64,000 nucleotides of DNA from an uncultured delta proteobacterium (lineage in GTDB: Bacteria; Myxococcota_A; Polyangia; Fen-1088): assembly GCA_963737265.1 (NCBI GenBank), contig CAVTRY010000013.1, positions 515,544-579,543 on the forward strand, given 5' to 3'. This document shows positions 11,069 to 24,020 of this stretch, in pieces. The translations under genes were made by a program, and so were the position numbers. The notes beneath the pieces were generated by a model. It saw only the letters and a list, made by a program, of their open reading frames with translations. It was not told the DNA's origin and did no database searches. Positions within the stretch are counted from its first letter, which is position 1. Every line of letters starts with the position of its first letter.

Positions 11069-12361
11069 ATGGCTGACATCCTTCTGCGCGGTGGCCGCGT
11101 CATCGATCCCGCGCGCAACTTCGATGCCTGCGCGGACGTGCTCTTGCGCGACGGCAAGGTGGCTCGGGTCGAGCCGGAAATCGCCGCGCCCAAAGATGCG
11201 CGCCTGATTGACGTGCGCGACAAGTGGGTCGTGCCTGGGCTCATCGACATGCACACCCACCTGCGTGAGCCCGGCCAGGAATACAAAGAGAACATCGAAA
11301 CCGGAACCGCGGCGGCCGCCGCCGGCGGCTTCACCGCCGTGTGCGCCATGCCCAACACGGTTCCGCCCAACGATAACCGCGCCGTGACCGAGCTCATCGT
11401 GCGCCGGGCGCGCGAGGTCGGGGCGGTCCGTGTCTATCCCATCGGATGCATCACCCAGGGCCAGACGGGCGAGAATCTGGCCGAGATGGGCGAACTGCAG
11501 GAGGCCGGCTGTGTCGCCGTTTCCGACGACGGCAAGAGCGTGATGAACAGCGAGGTCATGCGCCGGGCGCTGGAATACGCCCGCGGCTTCGGCCTGCTGG
11601 TCATCCAGCACGCCGAGGATCACAATCTCTCGGCCAACGGCCCCGCGCACGAAGGTCCGGTCTCGACCCGCATCGGCCTGCGCAGTCAGCCAGCTGCGGC
11701 CGAGTCCGCCATGGTGGCGCGCGATTTAGAATTGGTGGCGCTGACTGGCGCTCGCTACCACGTGGCCCACGTGAGCTGCGCCGAAACGGTGCGCCTGGTT
11801 CGCGATGCCAAACGGCGCGGGTTGCCCGTGACCTGCGAGGTGACGCCGCACCACCTCACCCTGACCGACGAAGCGTGCGCCGGCTACGACACGTCGACGC
11901 GGGTGAATCCACCCCTGCGCAGCGGCAAGGACGTGGCGGCTGTGCGCGAGGCACTGGCCGACGGAACCATCGACGCCGTGGCCACCGATCACGCGCCTCA
12001 TTCCTCGGTCGAAAAGGACGTGGAGTTCGAGCAGGCGGCGTGCGGGCTCATCGGGCTCGAAACCGCGCTGGCCCTGTGCCTGGATTTGGTTCACGACAAC
12101 CTGATCACCCCGATGGCGCTGTTCGCACGCATGTCGACCGCGCCGGCCAAGATCCTCGGCCTTCCCGGCGGTACGCTGGCATTGGGTGGAGTCGCGGACG
12201 TGACGGTCATCGACCCGCAAGCGACGTGGATCTGCGATCCCAGCCGCTTCCGTTCGCGCTCGCGCAATTCGCCGTTTGGTGGGCGTACCATGCGCGGGAA
12301 GGTTATGCTCACCATCGTGGGCGGGAACATCGTATTCGCAGAGGAGAAACTCGTTGGTTGA
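11069..12361 (+). CDS. pyrC: Dihydroorotase
   Basis: [30 protein letters not shown]. Confidence 0.96.
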   Translation: MADILLRGGRVIDPARNFDACADVLLRDGKVARVEPEIAAPKDARLIDVRDKWVVPGLIDMHTHLREPGQEYKENIETGTAAAAAGGFTAVCAMPNTVPPNDNRAVTELIVRRAREVGAVRVYPIGCITQGQTGENLAEMGELQEAGCVAVSDDGKSVMNSEVMRRALEYARGFGLLVIQHAEDHNLSANGPAHEGPVSTRIGLRSQPAAAESAMVARDLELVALTGARYHVAHVSCAETVRLVRDAKRRGLPVTCEVTPHHLTLTDEACAGYDTSTRVNPPLRSGKDVAAVREALADGTIDAVATDHAPHSSVEKDVEFEQAACGLIGLETALALCLDLVHDNLITPMALFARMSTAPAKILGLPGGTLALGGVADVTVIDPQATWICDPSRFRSRSRNSPFGGRTMRGKVMLTIVGGNIVFAEEKLVG

Positions 12362-13499
12362 CGACGCAAGAATTTTTCCACCGGCGCTCCTGGCCCTTGA
12401 GGACGGCAGCGTCTACCGCGGGATTGGCTTCGGCGCGTCCGCGGATCAGGCCGGCGAGCTGGTGTTCAACACCGCCATCACCGGCTATCAGGAGATTCTG
12501 ACCGACCCGTCGTACTGCGGCCAGATCGTCATGATGACGGCGCCCGAGATAGGCAACGTGGGCGTGAACGCCGAGGACGATGAATCGATCCACCCGTTCT
12601 GCGCCGGCTTCGTGGTGCGCGATCTTTCTCCGCGCGTTTCCAATTGGCGGGCACAGAGCAGCGTGCCGGATTTCATGGCCAAGCACGGCGTGGCCGGCAT
12701 CTCCGGCGTCGACACGCGCGCCATCACCCGGCGCCTGCGAATCGGCGGCGCGCAACGCGCGCTCGTCACGCTCAAGGTGGACGATCCGGCCGGCGCCGTC
12801 GAGCGCGCCCGCAAGCATCCGTCGCTCGAAGGCCGAGACCTGGTCAAGGATGTCACCGCGGCCAAGCCCTACGACTGGAGTCAAGGCCTGTGGCAGACCC
12901 CGGGCAGCAAGCGCAACGACCCTCCGGTACGCCACCGCGTGGTGGCGTACGATTACGGAATCAAGCGGGGAATTCTTCGCCGCCTGCGTGCCTCGGGTTG
13001 CAGCGTCACCGTGGTGCCGGCGAGCACGCCGGCCAAGGACGTCCTGGTCTGCAAACCCGATGGAATCTTCCTGTCCAATGGTCCCGGCGATCCCGCGGCG
13101 GTTACCTATGCGATCGAGGCGGCGGCAGAGCTCTGCCGTTCGGGCAAGGCGGTTTTCGGCATTTGCCTCGGACACCAGATTCTCGGGCTTGCGCTGGGTG
13201 GCAAGACCTACAAGCTGAAATTCGGACATCATGGCGCCAATCATCCCGTGATGGATCTGACCACGCGCAAGGTGGAAATCACGTCGCAGAACCACGGCTT
13301 CGCGGTGGACGTCGATTCGCTGGCGGGCAAGGCCGTGCTGACCCACATCAACCTGAACGACAAAACGGTCGAAGGCATGCGCCATGACCGGCTACCCATC
13401 TTCAGCGTGCAGTATCACCCCGAAGCATCGCCCGGTCCCAACGACCCAAGCTACCTCTTCGATCGCTTCGTCAAGCTGATGGACGAAAACAAGCGGTGA
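12354..13499 (+). CDS. carA: Carbamoyl-phosphate synthase small subunit
   Basis: [39 protein letters not shown]; likely TTG start at 12354 after GAGGAG. Confidence 0.96.
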   Translation: MVDDARIFPPALLALEDGSVYRGIGFGASADQAGELVFNTAITGYQEILTDPSYCGQIVMMTAPEIGNVGVNAEDDESIHPFCAGFVVRDLSPRVSNWRAQSSVPDFMAKHGVAGISGVDTRAITRRLRIGGAQRALVTLKVDDPAGAVERARKHPSLEGRDLVKDVTAAKPYDWSQGLWQTPGSKRNDPPVRHRVVAYDYGIKRGILRRLRASGCSVTVVPASTPAKDVLVCKPDGIFLSNGPGDPAAVTYAIEAAAELCRSGKAVFGICLGHQILGLALGGKTYKLKFGHHGANHPVMDLTTRKVEITSQNHGFAVDVDSLAGKAVLTHINLNDKTVEGMRHDRLPIFSVQYHPEASPGPNDPSYLFDRFVKLMDENKR

Positions 13500-14191
13500 G
13501 CACCCACGCGTCCCCAACCTATCACTGGGATCCCGGGTCCATTCACACGCTGCTCGACGAGCTTGCGAGCGGCTACGGCGGGTCGGAGTTCCACGCCGAG
13601 ATCGCGGCTGCCCGCGAGGAGTATTTCACCCGTTCGGGCAAGGTGTTCGAGGACGACGCCGAGGTTCACGAAGCCCGCACCGTGGCGTTCCTCGAGTGGT
13701 ATGTGATTGAGCGACCGCTCGCGGGCGGACAGCCCCCGGTGATTCATGCCCTGGAAAAGGCGCGCGCGTCCTTGGCGCCGAAAGCGGAGCGCCTGAACGA
13801 CCTGGCACGCCTCTCCACCAGCCACCGCAGCCTGTTCGACATCGCCCACGTCGACGGCTACACCATCGAATTGGAGGACGTCCTGGGCGGTGCGCGTTTT
13901 CGTGTCGTCGAACGCCGCAGCACCATCGGCTTTGAGGTCGGGGCCCTGGTCGAGGCGCGCGTGGTGTGGGAAGGCGCGCAGGCGGTTTTCGCCAAGACCT
14001 TCCTTTTTCACCCCCGCGATGCGCGGAGCCAAGTCCTCGATCTTGTAGACGATTCCCTTGCCGCGGGCAAAGACCGCGACGAAATCATGTTTCACCTGGC
14101 CCAGCTCTACCTGCGCTGGCACCGCCACGGTCACACCAACGCCGCCCGCATCTACAAGGGCGGTTCCACCGTGGGTCCCGTTCCTCTTTGA
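13496..14191 (+). CDS. Hypothetical protein coupled to carA
   Basis: 231 aa ORF with GTGA overlap on the carA stop. Confidence 0.7.
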   Translation: MSTHASPTYHWDPGSIHTLLDELASGYGGSEFHAEIAAAREEYFTRSGKVFEDDAEVHEARTVAFLEWYVIERPLAGGQPPVIHALEKARASLAPKAERLNDLARLSTSHRSLFDIAHVDGYTIELEDVLGGARFRVVERRSTIGFEVGALVEARVVWEGAQAVFAKTFLFHPRDARSQVLDLVDDSLAAGKDRDEIMFHLAQLYLRWHRHGHTNAARIYKGGSTVGPVPL

Positions 14192-14212
14192 TTCCATGAG
14201 CACATGTACTAG

Positions 14213-15571
<1,359 letters not shown>

Positions 15572-15667
15572 CGCAATGCAAGAGTATTCCCGTGACTACC
15601 TGGTCGCGCCGCAAACGAGCGATGCAGGGAATGTCGTTTGCAGGTCAATCTTCTGGCAGAATCCGCC

Positions 15668-15695
15668 TTGCCACGAAATGACTGCTATCTATAAT
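15668..15695 (+). promoter_or_regulatory. Sigma70-type promoter
   Basis: TTGCCA-16 bp-TATAAT about 55 bp upstream of ATG 15751. Confidence 0.5.
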
Positions 15696-15750
15696 CCCCC
15701 GGCAATCCCCCGGCCAAGTGCCCGTCGATGCCCGTCGAAACGAGGAGCCC

Positions 15751-17457
15751 ATGAAGATCGTCTGTGACGCCTGCCAGGCTAAGTATTCGATAGCTGACGA
15801 CAAAGTCCAGGGTAAGTCCTTCAAGATTCGCTGCAAGAAGTGCAATCACGTCATCGTCGTCAAGACCGGCGGCGAAGGCGGTGCCGTCGCGCAAGCGGCC
15901 GAAAAGTCGAAGTCCGGGCTCCTCGCCGCCGCACCTGCGGCTGCTCAGGGCGTGTGGCACATCGTGGTCGATGGCGATCAGGTCGGACCGCTTGGCGATG
16001 CCGAGGTAAAGGATCGTTTGCGCCAGGGCCAGATCAACCCCGACACCTTGGTTTGGAAGGAGGGCTTGGCCGACTGGGTGAAACTGTCGACGGTACCCGA
16101 GCTTGCCGCGCCGACTGCAAGGGCCGCGCAGGGCGAGACACGGCGGTCGGCGACGCGCGAGTCCGTCCGGGTCGAAGCGCCCGCCAAGGTGGCGGCTGCA
16201 CCAGCTACCACTGACGACGCGGACGCGGACGTGTTTGGCGCCGCGACGGCGATAACCCCGGCCGGGACCGCCGATCTCTTCGCGTCCGCGATGGTGCCCA
16301 CCGTAGTGCCCACCCCGGTGGAGGCCGCTCCGTCTTCGCCCTTCTTGTTCGGAGGTTCGTCGAGTCAGACGTCCGAGCCTGCGCCGGTGGTGGCCAAGTC
16401 ACCGGGAAATGGAGCCGGCACGAGCCATCTCACCGGCCAGCGCAACGAGAATTCGGTGCTCTTCTCGCTGTCGAATCTCGAAGCGCTCGCGGTGCCAACA
16501 CAGTCGGCCGGCATTCGTGCTCCCTCGACCACGTCGACGACGGAAGGGTCCGGCCTTATCGACATTCGCTCGATGGCCGCCATGACTCTCAATGAGGGCG
16601 GCGCCCACGACGCACGGCGATCATCTGATTCGCTGCCGACCTTCTCGACACCGCAGTTCTCGCCAGTCGCACCGGTGCTGCTGCCCATGTCTTCGAGTGG
16701 ACCACCCAAGTGGGTCTATCCGATTTTGGGTTTGCTTGGCGTGGGTGTCTTGGTGCTGGGTTACGGGATCTTCAAGGTCGTTACCGCTCCGCCGCCGGCA
16801 TTGCCGCCGCCGATTACCATTCCGGCTCCGGTTCCTCCGCCCGCACCGGCGGTTCAACCGGCCACCAGCCACGTGGCTCCCGTGGTCGTGCCCTCGGCGG
16901 AAGGTGCCAATCCATCCAAGGCCGATGAAAATCCGTCCGCTGCCGCGGAAAGGCCCGCCGAAAAAGGCAAGGGCGGCGGTTCGAGCAGAGGCGAGAAGGG
17001 GCACCGCAAGGGTGGCGAACAGGCCAAAGGCGGATCGGACAGCAAGAAGGGCGCCGAGGCTTCAGCGCCAAACCCGACGCCGACCGGCAAGAAGGGCGGA
17101 AAGTCCATCGACGACATGCTGGGCGAAGTCGGCACCAAGAAGTCGAGCGGCGATGACGCGGGCAAACCGAAGCCAGCCCCAGTTAATCTAATTTCGCTAA
17201 CCCAAAGCGATATTGTCAACGCGATGCGGGCGGTCCAGCCCAAGATCCAGGCCTGCGCCAATCAATTCAAGGTGCCGGGAACTGCCATGGCCAACATCAG
17301 TGTCGCATCGGGCGGCAAGGTGGCTTCGGCGACGGTGGGCGGCACTTTCGCCCACACGCCCAGCGGAACCTGCGTCGAAGCGGCCGCCAAATCGGCTAAA
17401 TTCCCGGCGTGCAACTCGATGAGCTTTCCTTGGCCCTTCACGCTCAGCCCCCGCTAG
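15751..17457 (+). CDS. Zinc-ribbon/GYF_2/TM protein (GltJ/AgmX-like paralogue)
   Basis: GAGGAG RBS; MKIVCDACQAKYSIADDKV...CKKC, WHIVVDGDQVGP...VWKEG, RNENSVLFSL, SGLIDIR, TM helix, TonB-C-like end. Confidence 0.82.
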   Translation: MKIVCDACQAKYSIADDKVQGKSFKIRCKKCNHVIVVKTGGEGGAVAQAAEKSKSGLLAAAPAAAQGVWHIVVDGDQVGPLGDAEVKDRLRQGQINPDTLVWKEGLADWVKLSTVPELAAPTARAAQGETRRSATRESVRVEAPAKVAAAPATTDDADADVFGAATAITPAGTADLFASAMVPTVVPTPVEAAPSSPFLFGGSSSQTSEPAPVVAKSPGNGAGTSHLTGQRNENSVLFSLSNLEALAVPTQSAGIRAPSTTSTTEGSGLIDIRSMAAMTLNEGGAHDARRSSDSLPTFSTPQFSPVAPVLLPMSSSGPPKWVYPILGLLGVGVLVLGYGIFKVVTAPPPALPPPITIPAPVPPPAPAVQPATSHVAPVVVPSAEGANPSKADENPSAAAERPAEKGKGGGSSRGEKGHRKGGEQAKGGSDSKKGAEASAPNPTPTGKKGGKSIDDMLGEVGTKKSSGDDAGKPKPAPVNLISLTQSDIVNAMRAVQPKIQACANQFKVPGTAMANISVASGGKVASATVGGTFAHTPSGTCVEAAAKSAKFPACNSMSFPWPFTLSPR

Positions 17458-17491
17458 GCCGGTGCAGCCAGCAAGACAACTTCAAGGCCCC

Positions 17492-17713
17492 GTGGCCACT
17501 GCAGTTCGCGCGCACATAGCCGGGACCGTCTGGAAGGTCGAAGTGTCGTTCGACGACGAGGTCGACGAAGGACAAACCGTTATCGTGCTCGAGTCCATGA
17601 AAATGGAGATGCCGGTCGAAGCCCCGGTCGCGGGGCGGGTCACGGCAATCCATGTGGCGCCAGGGCGCTTCGTCGAGGAGGGCGAAGCGCTCATTGAGCT
17701 CGGCGAGCTCTAG
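17492..17713 (+). CDS. Stand-alone biotin/lipoyl carrier protein
   Basis: LESMKME biotinylation motif, AGTVWKV. Confidence 0.9.
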   Translation: MATAVRAHIAGTVWKVEVSFDDEVDEGQTVIVLESMKMEMPVEAPVAGRVTAIHVAPGRFVEEGEALIELGEL

Positions 17714-17722
17714 CTTGGCTAG

Positions 17723-18154
17723 CTAGGTGGGAGCGGCGTCGGGATTGGGCGGCGGCTCCGGCTTACGTGGTGGCGGTGCGGGCGGGCCGCGGTCGTCGCG
17801 CAGTTTGGCGACGAGCCGGTCGAGGAGCATTTGCTCATAGCGGTGTGGTAAGTCGGGAATAGAAACCGCCAGCCGGGTCGCGTCGCGCCCCTCCTTGTCG
17901 GTGATGCGGATGAACTCGAGCGATCCCTTGCAGGTCTTGGGGCCGTCGAGATAGTCGAACAGGATGTAGCCGGCGTCGTCGTCCTTCTCGCGAATCGGGA
18001 AATTTCGGTCGACGCGCAGGAAACGCACGGTGCTCGGCCAAACGTTCGCGACCGGATAGGGAACGACTTCCAGCGTGCGCGCCCAGACGACACCGGGAGC
18101 GAGGACAACCATCGCCGCGAAAACAATCGGGACGAGATACCGGTGCCGGCGCAA
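17723..18154 (-). CDS. Exported hypothetical protein
   Basis: 143 aa ORF with signal peptide and Pro-rich tail. Confidence 0.65.
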   Translation of the reverse strand: MRRHRYLVPIVFAAMVVLAPGVVWARTLEVVPYPVANVWPSTVRFLRVDRNFPIREKDDDAGYILFDYLDGPKTCKGSLEFIRITDKEGRDATRLAVSIPDLPHRYEQMLLDRLVAKLRDDRGPPAPPPRKPEPPPNPDAAPT

Positions 18155-18163
18155 GGGCCGCGA

Positions 18164-19217
18164 TCATCCTTCTTCGCCTTGCGCGGCGGCGCGCTTCGAT
18201 TCGACCACCAAGGTGCGCAGCGAGCCGGAAGCCTCGCCGACAAAAAGCAGGGCGACAAATCCCAGCGCGACATACCACACGAATTGAATGCCGTGCAGGG
18301 CAACCGCATAGGCGCCGCCCGCCGAGGTAAGAATCGACTCCGGCAGGTAGGCCGCGAGCGCGAGCACGATGCCGGCGTGGAATTGGCCGATCAGTCCGGG
18401 GGCGTTGGGCAAGGGAGATCAGACGCCGGTGAAAGCCATGGCGGCGAAGGCGCCGTGGATAGGAATGGGAATTTGCATGAGCGCGGGCGAGAATCCACAT
18501 CCCCAGCCCGTTGGCGCCCCAGTAAAGCAGCCGTCTGGATGAGGAACGGAATCATGTCGCGCGGGTGGCGAAGGGCACGAAAACCCTGAATCAGCGCGCG
18601 CAGCCTGTCGGCGACCTTGTCCGCGGTTTTCGGCGCGAGCCGCCGCATGAAGGTGAGCGCCAGGGCGAGTGCGATGGTGGCTTGTCGGGCCAGCGCAAGG
18701 CGCAGCCGAGAAAAATCGTCAGCCCCAGGAAACCGAGGAGAGCCAGCCACGCCGAAACCGCAAGCACGGCTGGGTACGCCTTACCACCGTGGGCAAACGC
18801 GAAGAGGTACGTAACGAAGAGAAGGATCGCGATCACCAAGCCGTCAACGATGCGTTCCACCGCCACGGTTCCAAGCACCTCGCTCATGCGCGACTGGCCC
18901 TGGCGAACGACATAATACGGGCGAACAAATTCGCCGAGGCGAAAGGGCAGGGCCAGGATGGCCATGAAACCCACCGTGGAGATGATCATCAGCCTGGCGA
19001 AGGTCAGCGACACGCCGATGGGACGCAAAAGGTACTTCCAGCGCCACGCGCGCAGGATGTGCACGGGCACGATCGACAGCGCGTAGATGAGAACTGCGGA
19101 CAGCGGGATGTTGCGCAGAACCGCGGCCGTCTGGCGCAGATCGACCTTGCGCACGGCCAGACCGACGCATAACGCACCGACGGACAGGGAGAGAAATATT
19201 TTCGCGAAGAGTTTCAC
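18164..19217 (-). CDS. Lysylphosphatidylglycerol synthase TM / flippase-like protein (UPF0104); frameshifted in this sequence
   Basis: RAWRWKYLL, LPFRLGEFVR, VERIVDG, PNAPGLIGQFH; split over frames near 18420-18680. Confidence 0.8.
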
Positions 19218-19238
19218 GGTGGTGGTGCCGCAGCGGAA

Positions 19239-19973
19239 CTAGGGCAACTCGCCGAGCAAGATACGTCGGGGGTTTTCCTCAAGCAACTGGGTCAGGACGG
19301 CAGCGTCCCGGTGCTTGCGAATCCAGGCGATGCCGTCGCCAATCTGGCCAGCCGTATCGGGGCTGTGCATGTCGGAGGCAACCGCGTGCGCGAGACCCTC
19401 CTCGACCAGTCGGCGCGCGGTTTTGGTTTCGGCGCGATTGTGGGTACCCGCCACTGCTTCCAAGTCCACGACTAAGGCGGCCTGTTTGCCCAACGTTTCT
19501 GCGGTTCCGAGGTCACGCTGAACCGGCAGGTAGCGTTCAGGATGTGCCATGACCGGCAGCTGGCCAGCCAAACGAATCTCGAATAGGGCTTCCTCGAGGC
19601 GCGGGGGAAACATCACCGGATTCACTTCGAAGAGAAACGCGCGACCGCCATCGTAACTCGGCACGGTGTGTCCGCGGAGGCGCTCGACAAAAACTTCGTC
19701 CCAGTAGTTCTCGGCGCCGAGGTGCATGCGCAGCGAAGGCCGCCGCGTTCTTGCCTCATTCTGGAACGTCGCGAGAGCGCCGCCAATAGCCTCGGCCGAA
19801 GGAATGAACAGCCCGTTCCGCTGGTGCGGCGTGGCGCATACCTCGCTGAACCCCATGGCGACGAGCTCTTGCAGCATCTCCATGCTGGTCGCGAGATCGG
19901 GAGAGCCATCGTCGATTCCGGGCAGAAGGTGGCAATGAAGGTCGATATACTGCGCCACTTGAGGTTCCGGCAC
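19239..19973 (-). CDS. PHP-family protein-tyrosine phosphatase (CpsB/CapC type)
   Basis: IDLHCHLLPGIDDGS, ATPH, GAE, AHPERY, ASDMH. Confidence 0.92.
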   Translation of the reverse strand: MPEPQVAQYIDLHCHLLPGIDDGSPDLATSMEMLQELVAMGFSEVCATPHQRNGLFIPSAEAIGGALATFQNEARTRRPSLRMHLGAENYWDEVFVERLRGHTVPSYDGGRAFLFEVNPVMFPPRLEEALFEIRLAGQLPVMAHPERYLPVQRDLGTAETLGKQAALVVDLEAVAGTHNRAETKTARRLVEEGLAHAVASDMHSPDTAGQIGDGIAWIRKHRDAAVLTQLLEENPRRILLGELP

Positions 19974-20071
19974 TGAAGATACCGGATCTTATCTTCCTCG
20001 GCTGCTTTTTCCCCTTTTGGGCCCGGGTAGTAATAAAAATGAACCCGTGAACGATTGGGGCTTGCGCGAAA

Positions 20072-20087
20072 GGGAACACCAATTGCA
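20072..20087 (+). promoter_or_regulatory. Possible sigma54 promoter
   Basis: GG-aacaccaatt-GC (-24/-12 spacing, TTGCA) about 30 bp upstream of ATG 20116. Confidence 0.35.
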
Positions 20088-20115
20088 AATTCAGCACCCG
20101 GAGGGAATGATCTAA

Positions 20116-20625
20116 ATGGGCGACAAAGTTGCTCTGCCGAGTCTCAATTTGCCGAAGCAGAAGACCCACTGGACGGTCAGCGTCGTCATTGTTGCCGGCG
20201 TTCTGCTGCTGATTCTGGTTGCCGCGCTGTATGCCGTTCTGCAACGCCAGCAGAGGGCCGAGGAAGCGTTCGCCAAGGCGGCCGCGGATCGCGCGGCCCT
20301 GGTCAAGGCAGAGACCGAGAAAGCCAAGGCCGAGGCGGAGCGGGCGGTGGCCGAGACCAGGAAGAAGGAAGCGGAGACTGCTGCCTCGAACGCGGCAGCA
20401 CAGCAGAGGAAGGTGGCCCCACCCAGTCCTGCCACCGACGACGACGGAGCGAAGAAGGCCGCCAAGAAGAAGGGCAGTCGCCACGGCGGTGGAGCGAAGG
20501 TCGCCAGCAGGGGTGGGCCGCCTTCGGCGACGCCGCCGGCACAGGCGCCGACACCGCCGGCCCGGCCCGCGCCGTCCTCGAAGGCCAGCAAGGACATAGA
20601 CGATCTGCTGAGGGGCCTCAAGTAG
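20116..20625 (+). CDS. Membrane-anchored coiled-coil hypothetical protein
   Basis: N-terminal TM helix, AEK-rich helix, Pro-rich linker, DIDDLL tail. Confidence 0.7.
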   Translation: MGDKVALPSLNLPKQKTHWTVSVVIVAGVLLLILVAALYAVLQRQQRAEEAFAKAAADRAALVKAETEKAKAEAERAVAETRKKEAETAASNAAAQQRKVAPPSPATDDDGAKKAAKKKGSRHGGGAKVASRGGPPSATPPAQAPTPPARPAPSSKASKDIDDLLRGLK

Positions 20626-20644
20626 GTTCCCTTCCAGGCAGCGG

Positions 20645-22157
20645 TCAGGCGCGCGTGCCGCGGGCCAGAATCTCCTCGATGCGGGTGTGTAGATCGCCAT
20701 CGCGAAGGGTGACGGTCACCGCATCGCCGGGTGCGAGACCGTCGTGGCTCTTGAGAAGGCTGCCGTCAGGGCCACGCGCCAGGCTGTAGCCACGATCGAG
20801 CACTTTGAGCGGCGAAAGGGCGTCCAGCTTGTTCGCCAGCGAGTTCGAGCGCCCGTCGCCGGGTGGCGAGAAGCTGCGAGCCAGTCTGCGCTAGACGGCG
20901 GTCGAGCACGGCGAGCGCCGAACGCTGATCCGCGATACGGCGCTGGGGGTGCGCGCGCAGCAGGCGTCCCTCCACAGTCTGGAGCTCTCTTCGCCGACGA
21001 GAGACATCGTTGGTCAGAAGACGGCCGGCGCGATCCGCCAGATCGTCGAGGCCCTGGCGGCGCTCGTCGACAATCCGCCGCGGATCCCCCAGGCGCGCAC
21101 GCGTGCGCTCGAGCGCCAGCCGCCGCGAACCGATTTCGCCGAGCAGGCCGCGCCCAAGGCGTCCCGCCAGCACGCGCATCTCGGCGAGCAGTTCGGCAGC
21201 GACCGGCACGGCGAGCTCGGCGGCGGCCGAGGGCGTCGGGGCGCGCACGTCGGCCACGAAGTCCGCGATGGTGAAATCGGTCTCGTGCCCGACCGCCGAA
21301 ATCGTGGGCAGCGGGCAAGCGGCGATGGTACGGGCGAGATTCTCGTCGTTGAAGGCCCACAGGTCTTCAAGCGAACCGCCGCCACGGGCCAGAATGATCA
21401 CGTCCACCTCTGGCGCCTTGCAGATTTCGTTCAGGGCGTTGGCGATAGCGGACGCGGCGCACTCGCCCTGAACCGGCGTGGGTGCGACCAAGATGGGGAC
21501 GGGAAAGCGGCGATGGGCGACGCGCACGATGTCCCGAATCACCGCCCCCTGGCGCGACGTCACCACGCCGATCCGGCGCGGCAAAAAGGGCAGGGGCCGT
21601 TTGCGCTCGCTGTCGAACAAGCCCTCGGCGAGCAGCTTCTGCTTGAGCGCCTCGAACGCCAGCGCCAAGGCACCCGCGCCTGCCGCCTCGACGGAAGCCA
21701 CCTGAAGTTGGAAGCGACCACGGCCCTCATAGATGGTCAGCTTGCCCTGGCAGCGCACGAGCTGTCCGTCGCCCAGGCGGAACTTCAACCGGCCGGCGTC
21801 GCGCGCGTACATCACACAGTCGAGCTGCGCTTCGCTGTCCTTCAGGGTGAAATAGAAGTGGCCATTCGCGGAGCGCTTGAGTCCCGACACCTCGCCCTCC
21901 ACGCGGACGTCGCCGAAGCGCGCTTCCAGCATCTGACGGGCCGCGCGCACTACTTCCCCGACCGCCAGAATGCGCACTTCCTTGGTCGGGTTCGGAGCAG
22001 CCGCGAGATCCGAGGGTGCCGGCTTAGGAGGTGTGGGAGAGGTCGCGAATCGATTCTCGAACGAGAGCTGCGCTTCCGGCCGTGCTTCCTTGCCGTCGGA
22101 CTTGTCAGTCTGCTTATCGCGACCGCTTTCGGGCGGTCGGCCTTGGCGCTGGCTCAC
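20645..22157 (-). CDS. xseA: Exodeoxyribonuclease VII large subunit; frameshift near 20840
   Basis: VEGEVS, GHFYFTLKD, ARGGGSLEDLWAFNDE, SAVGHETD, RAPTPSAAAE; LSPLKVLDRGYS continues in another frame to TGA 20645. Confidence 0.93.
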
Positions 22158-22744
22158 CTCGCCCCCCGCGTGGCCGCCCGTTCGTAGTCTGCCGCATCCA
22201 AGCGCAGACGCTCGAGGTCGGCGATGGCCGTGCGCTTGATGTCTTCGGCCCGCGCCGCCAGCCCGGAAAAGCCCCAACCCCAGTGCTTGTCGTGTGCCTT
22301 GCGATACACCATCGTGCCTGCCGACGTGACGATTTCGGCGCTTGTGCCGGGCGGGCTTGTCTCCGGCGCGCGCGTGCCGGCGGCGCCCACGAGCGTCTGA
22401 AGGTAACTCCAGTCATCCGGCGACAGCATCTTGGCGAACAGCGTTTGGGCATTCTCGCTTGTGGCTCCGGGCTCGAAGCGGCCGAGCAAGCGCACGCGCT
22501 CGGCGCCTTCGGGGACCGCACTTTGCGTGACGTCGTACGCCTCACGCCACGCGCGCTGGACGGTCATCCACGACCAGCGCGTGTCTTGGTCGACGGCACT
22601 CCACAACAGCGCTCCGTCGCGTGCACCGACGGCGGCACACAATCGCGCGTGGGCCTCCGCCGGCGTGCGGGCGCCGCGGGGACCGCACCCCGAACCAGCC
22701 ACCAGGGAAGACAAGATGACAGACAGTAGAACAGCGGATTTCAT
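22154..22744 (-). CDS. Hypothetical lipoprotein
   Basis: MKSAVLLSVILSSLVAGSGC lipobox; GTGA overlap with xseA. Confidence 0.7.
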   Translation of the reverse strand: MKSAVLLSVILSSLVAGSGCGPRGARTPAEAHARLCAAVGARDGALLWSAVDQDTRWSWMTVQRAWREAYDVTQSAVPEGAERVRLLGRFEPGATSENAQTLFAKMLSPDDWSYLQTLVGAAGTRAPETSPPGTSAEIVTSAGTMVYRKAHDKHWGWGFSGLAARAEDIKRTAIADLERLRLDAADYERAATRGAR

Positions 22745-22879
22745 GACGTGCAGTGACCGGATTGTTCGCCGGTCGGTCCCTACGCTAGTGGTGCCGAGCT
22801 AGGCATGCAAGATGTTGTTCCGGGGTGGACGCTTGGCGACCGCAAGATGGAGATGTGCTAGATTCCTCCGCTCTCGACG

Positions 22880-24010
22880 GTGACTGAAACTGGATCGCGG
22901 CCCCCGCTTGATTTTCCGGAGCTAGAACCGGATGGGCGTGGCGCGCCCGTCGACGAATTCGCCAACGTCAAGTCGCCGCGCAGGCGCCATCCCGGCGTCG
23001 CCCTGGCCGCCACGGCGCTTGCCCTTCTTCTCGTTTACCAAATCCATGACGATCTCTTCTTCGCGCTCTCCCATTCCGAAGCGCGCGATATTGGTGATGC
23101 TCGCCATCTGGCCGCGACGCCGCTCGACCAGGTTCCGCTCAACCAATACGTCCGCGTGTCCGGCATGGCCGACCGGGAAAGTGGCCTCACCATCGACACC
23201 GCGGGCTCGTGGCAATTCACCCAGTTTTTTCGTCTGCTTGGTACCGGCAGTCGCGTGTTCGTCAGCCGCGTACCGAATCCGATTCCCGTCGAACAGGCGG
23301 AGCGAGACGTCTTCGTCGGGCGCCTGGTCCGATTTCGTGATCTGTCGTTTCAAGCCGCGATTCGCAAGCATTTTGCCGACCGGGTGACGGCCACGCATTT
23401 TTTCGCGCCGGCCACGGTGCGGGATAGCGTGGCCGCCACGGGCGGTGGTCCGGTCGTGCTCGCGGACATGCTGGGCGAGAAGGTTTCGCTCGCGCCCAAC
23501 GACGAGTTGTCGATCGATGTGGCCCGCCAGTCCGACGTGCTCATCGAAATGCCGCGCGAAAAGTACCCTGACGTTGCGGCGGCGCGGGCCGCGGCCGAGC
23601 GGCCGGGAGCGAAGGTCCTCGACGACACGGTGAAGGCGTCGGATGCCAAGAGCATCGCGCTTGTCGTAACCTTTGCCGAGGGCACGCGCGACCAGGCCAT
23701 GAGCGCAATAGGCGACCTCGACCAGCACGTGCGCTTCCTTCCCGTTCGCGCGACCCGCGTGATTCGTATCGCGGATGTAACGGCCGGCAAGGACTCCCTG
23801 GTGGTAAAAGAAGGCGCGGCAGGAAACGTGGCGCTTCCACTTGGCTCTATCGTGGCGATTCAAACCTTGGCGAACGTGCAAATTCCCGCGGATGCGCTGC
23901 TGTTGCGCGAGGGCGAGCGGCCGCGCGATCACTTCAAGATTCTGATTGTGGCCGCGTTCCTGCTTGGCTTTGCGGCAGTCAACTTGCTGGCCCTGCGTGC
24001 GCGCGGGTAG
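22880..24010 (+). CDS. Hypothetical membrane protein with two TM helices
   Basis: 376 aa ORF with hydrophobic segments at both ends; immediately upstream of cysS. Confidence 0.7.
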   Translation: MTETGSRPPLDFPELEPDGRGAPVDEFANVKSPRRRHPGVALAATALALLLVYQIHDDLFFALSHSEARDIGDARHLAATPLDQVPLNQYVRVSGMADRESGLTIDTAGSWQFTQFFRLLGTGSRVFVSRVPNPIPVEQAERDVFVGRLVRFRDLSFQAAIRKHFADRVTATHFFAPATVRDSVAATGGGPVVLADMLGEKVSLAPNDELSIDVARQSDVLIEMPREKYPDVAAARAAAERPGAKVLDDTVKASDAKSIALVVTFAEGTRDQAMSAIGDLDQHVRFLPVRATRVIRIADVTAGKDSLVVKEGAAGNVALPLGSIVAIQTLANVQIPADALLLREGERPRDHFKILIVAAFLLGFAAVNLLALRARG

Positions 24011-24020
24011 AGGTTTTTCA

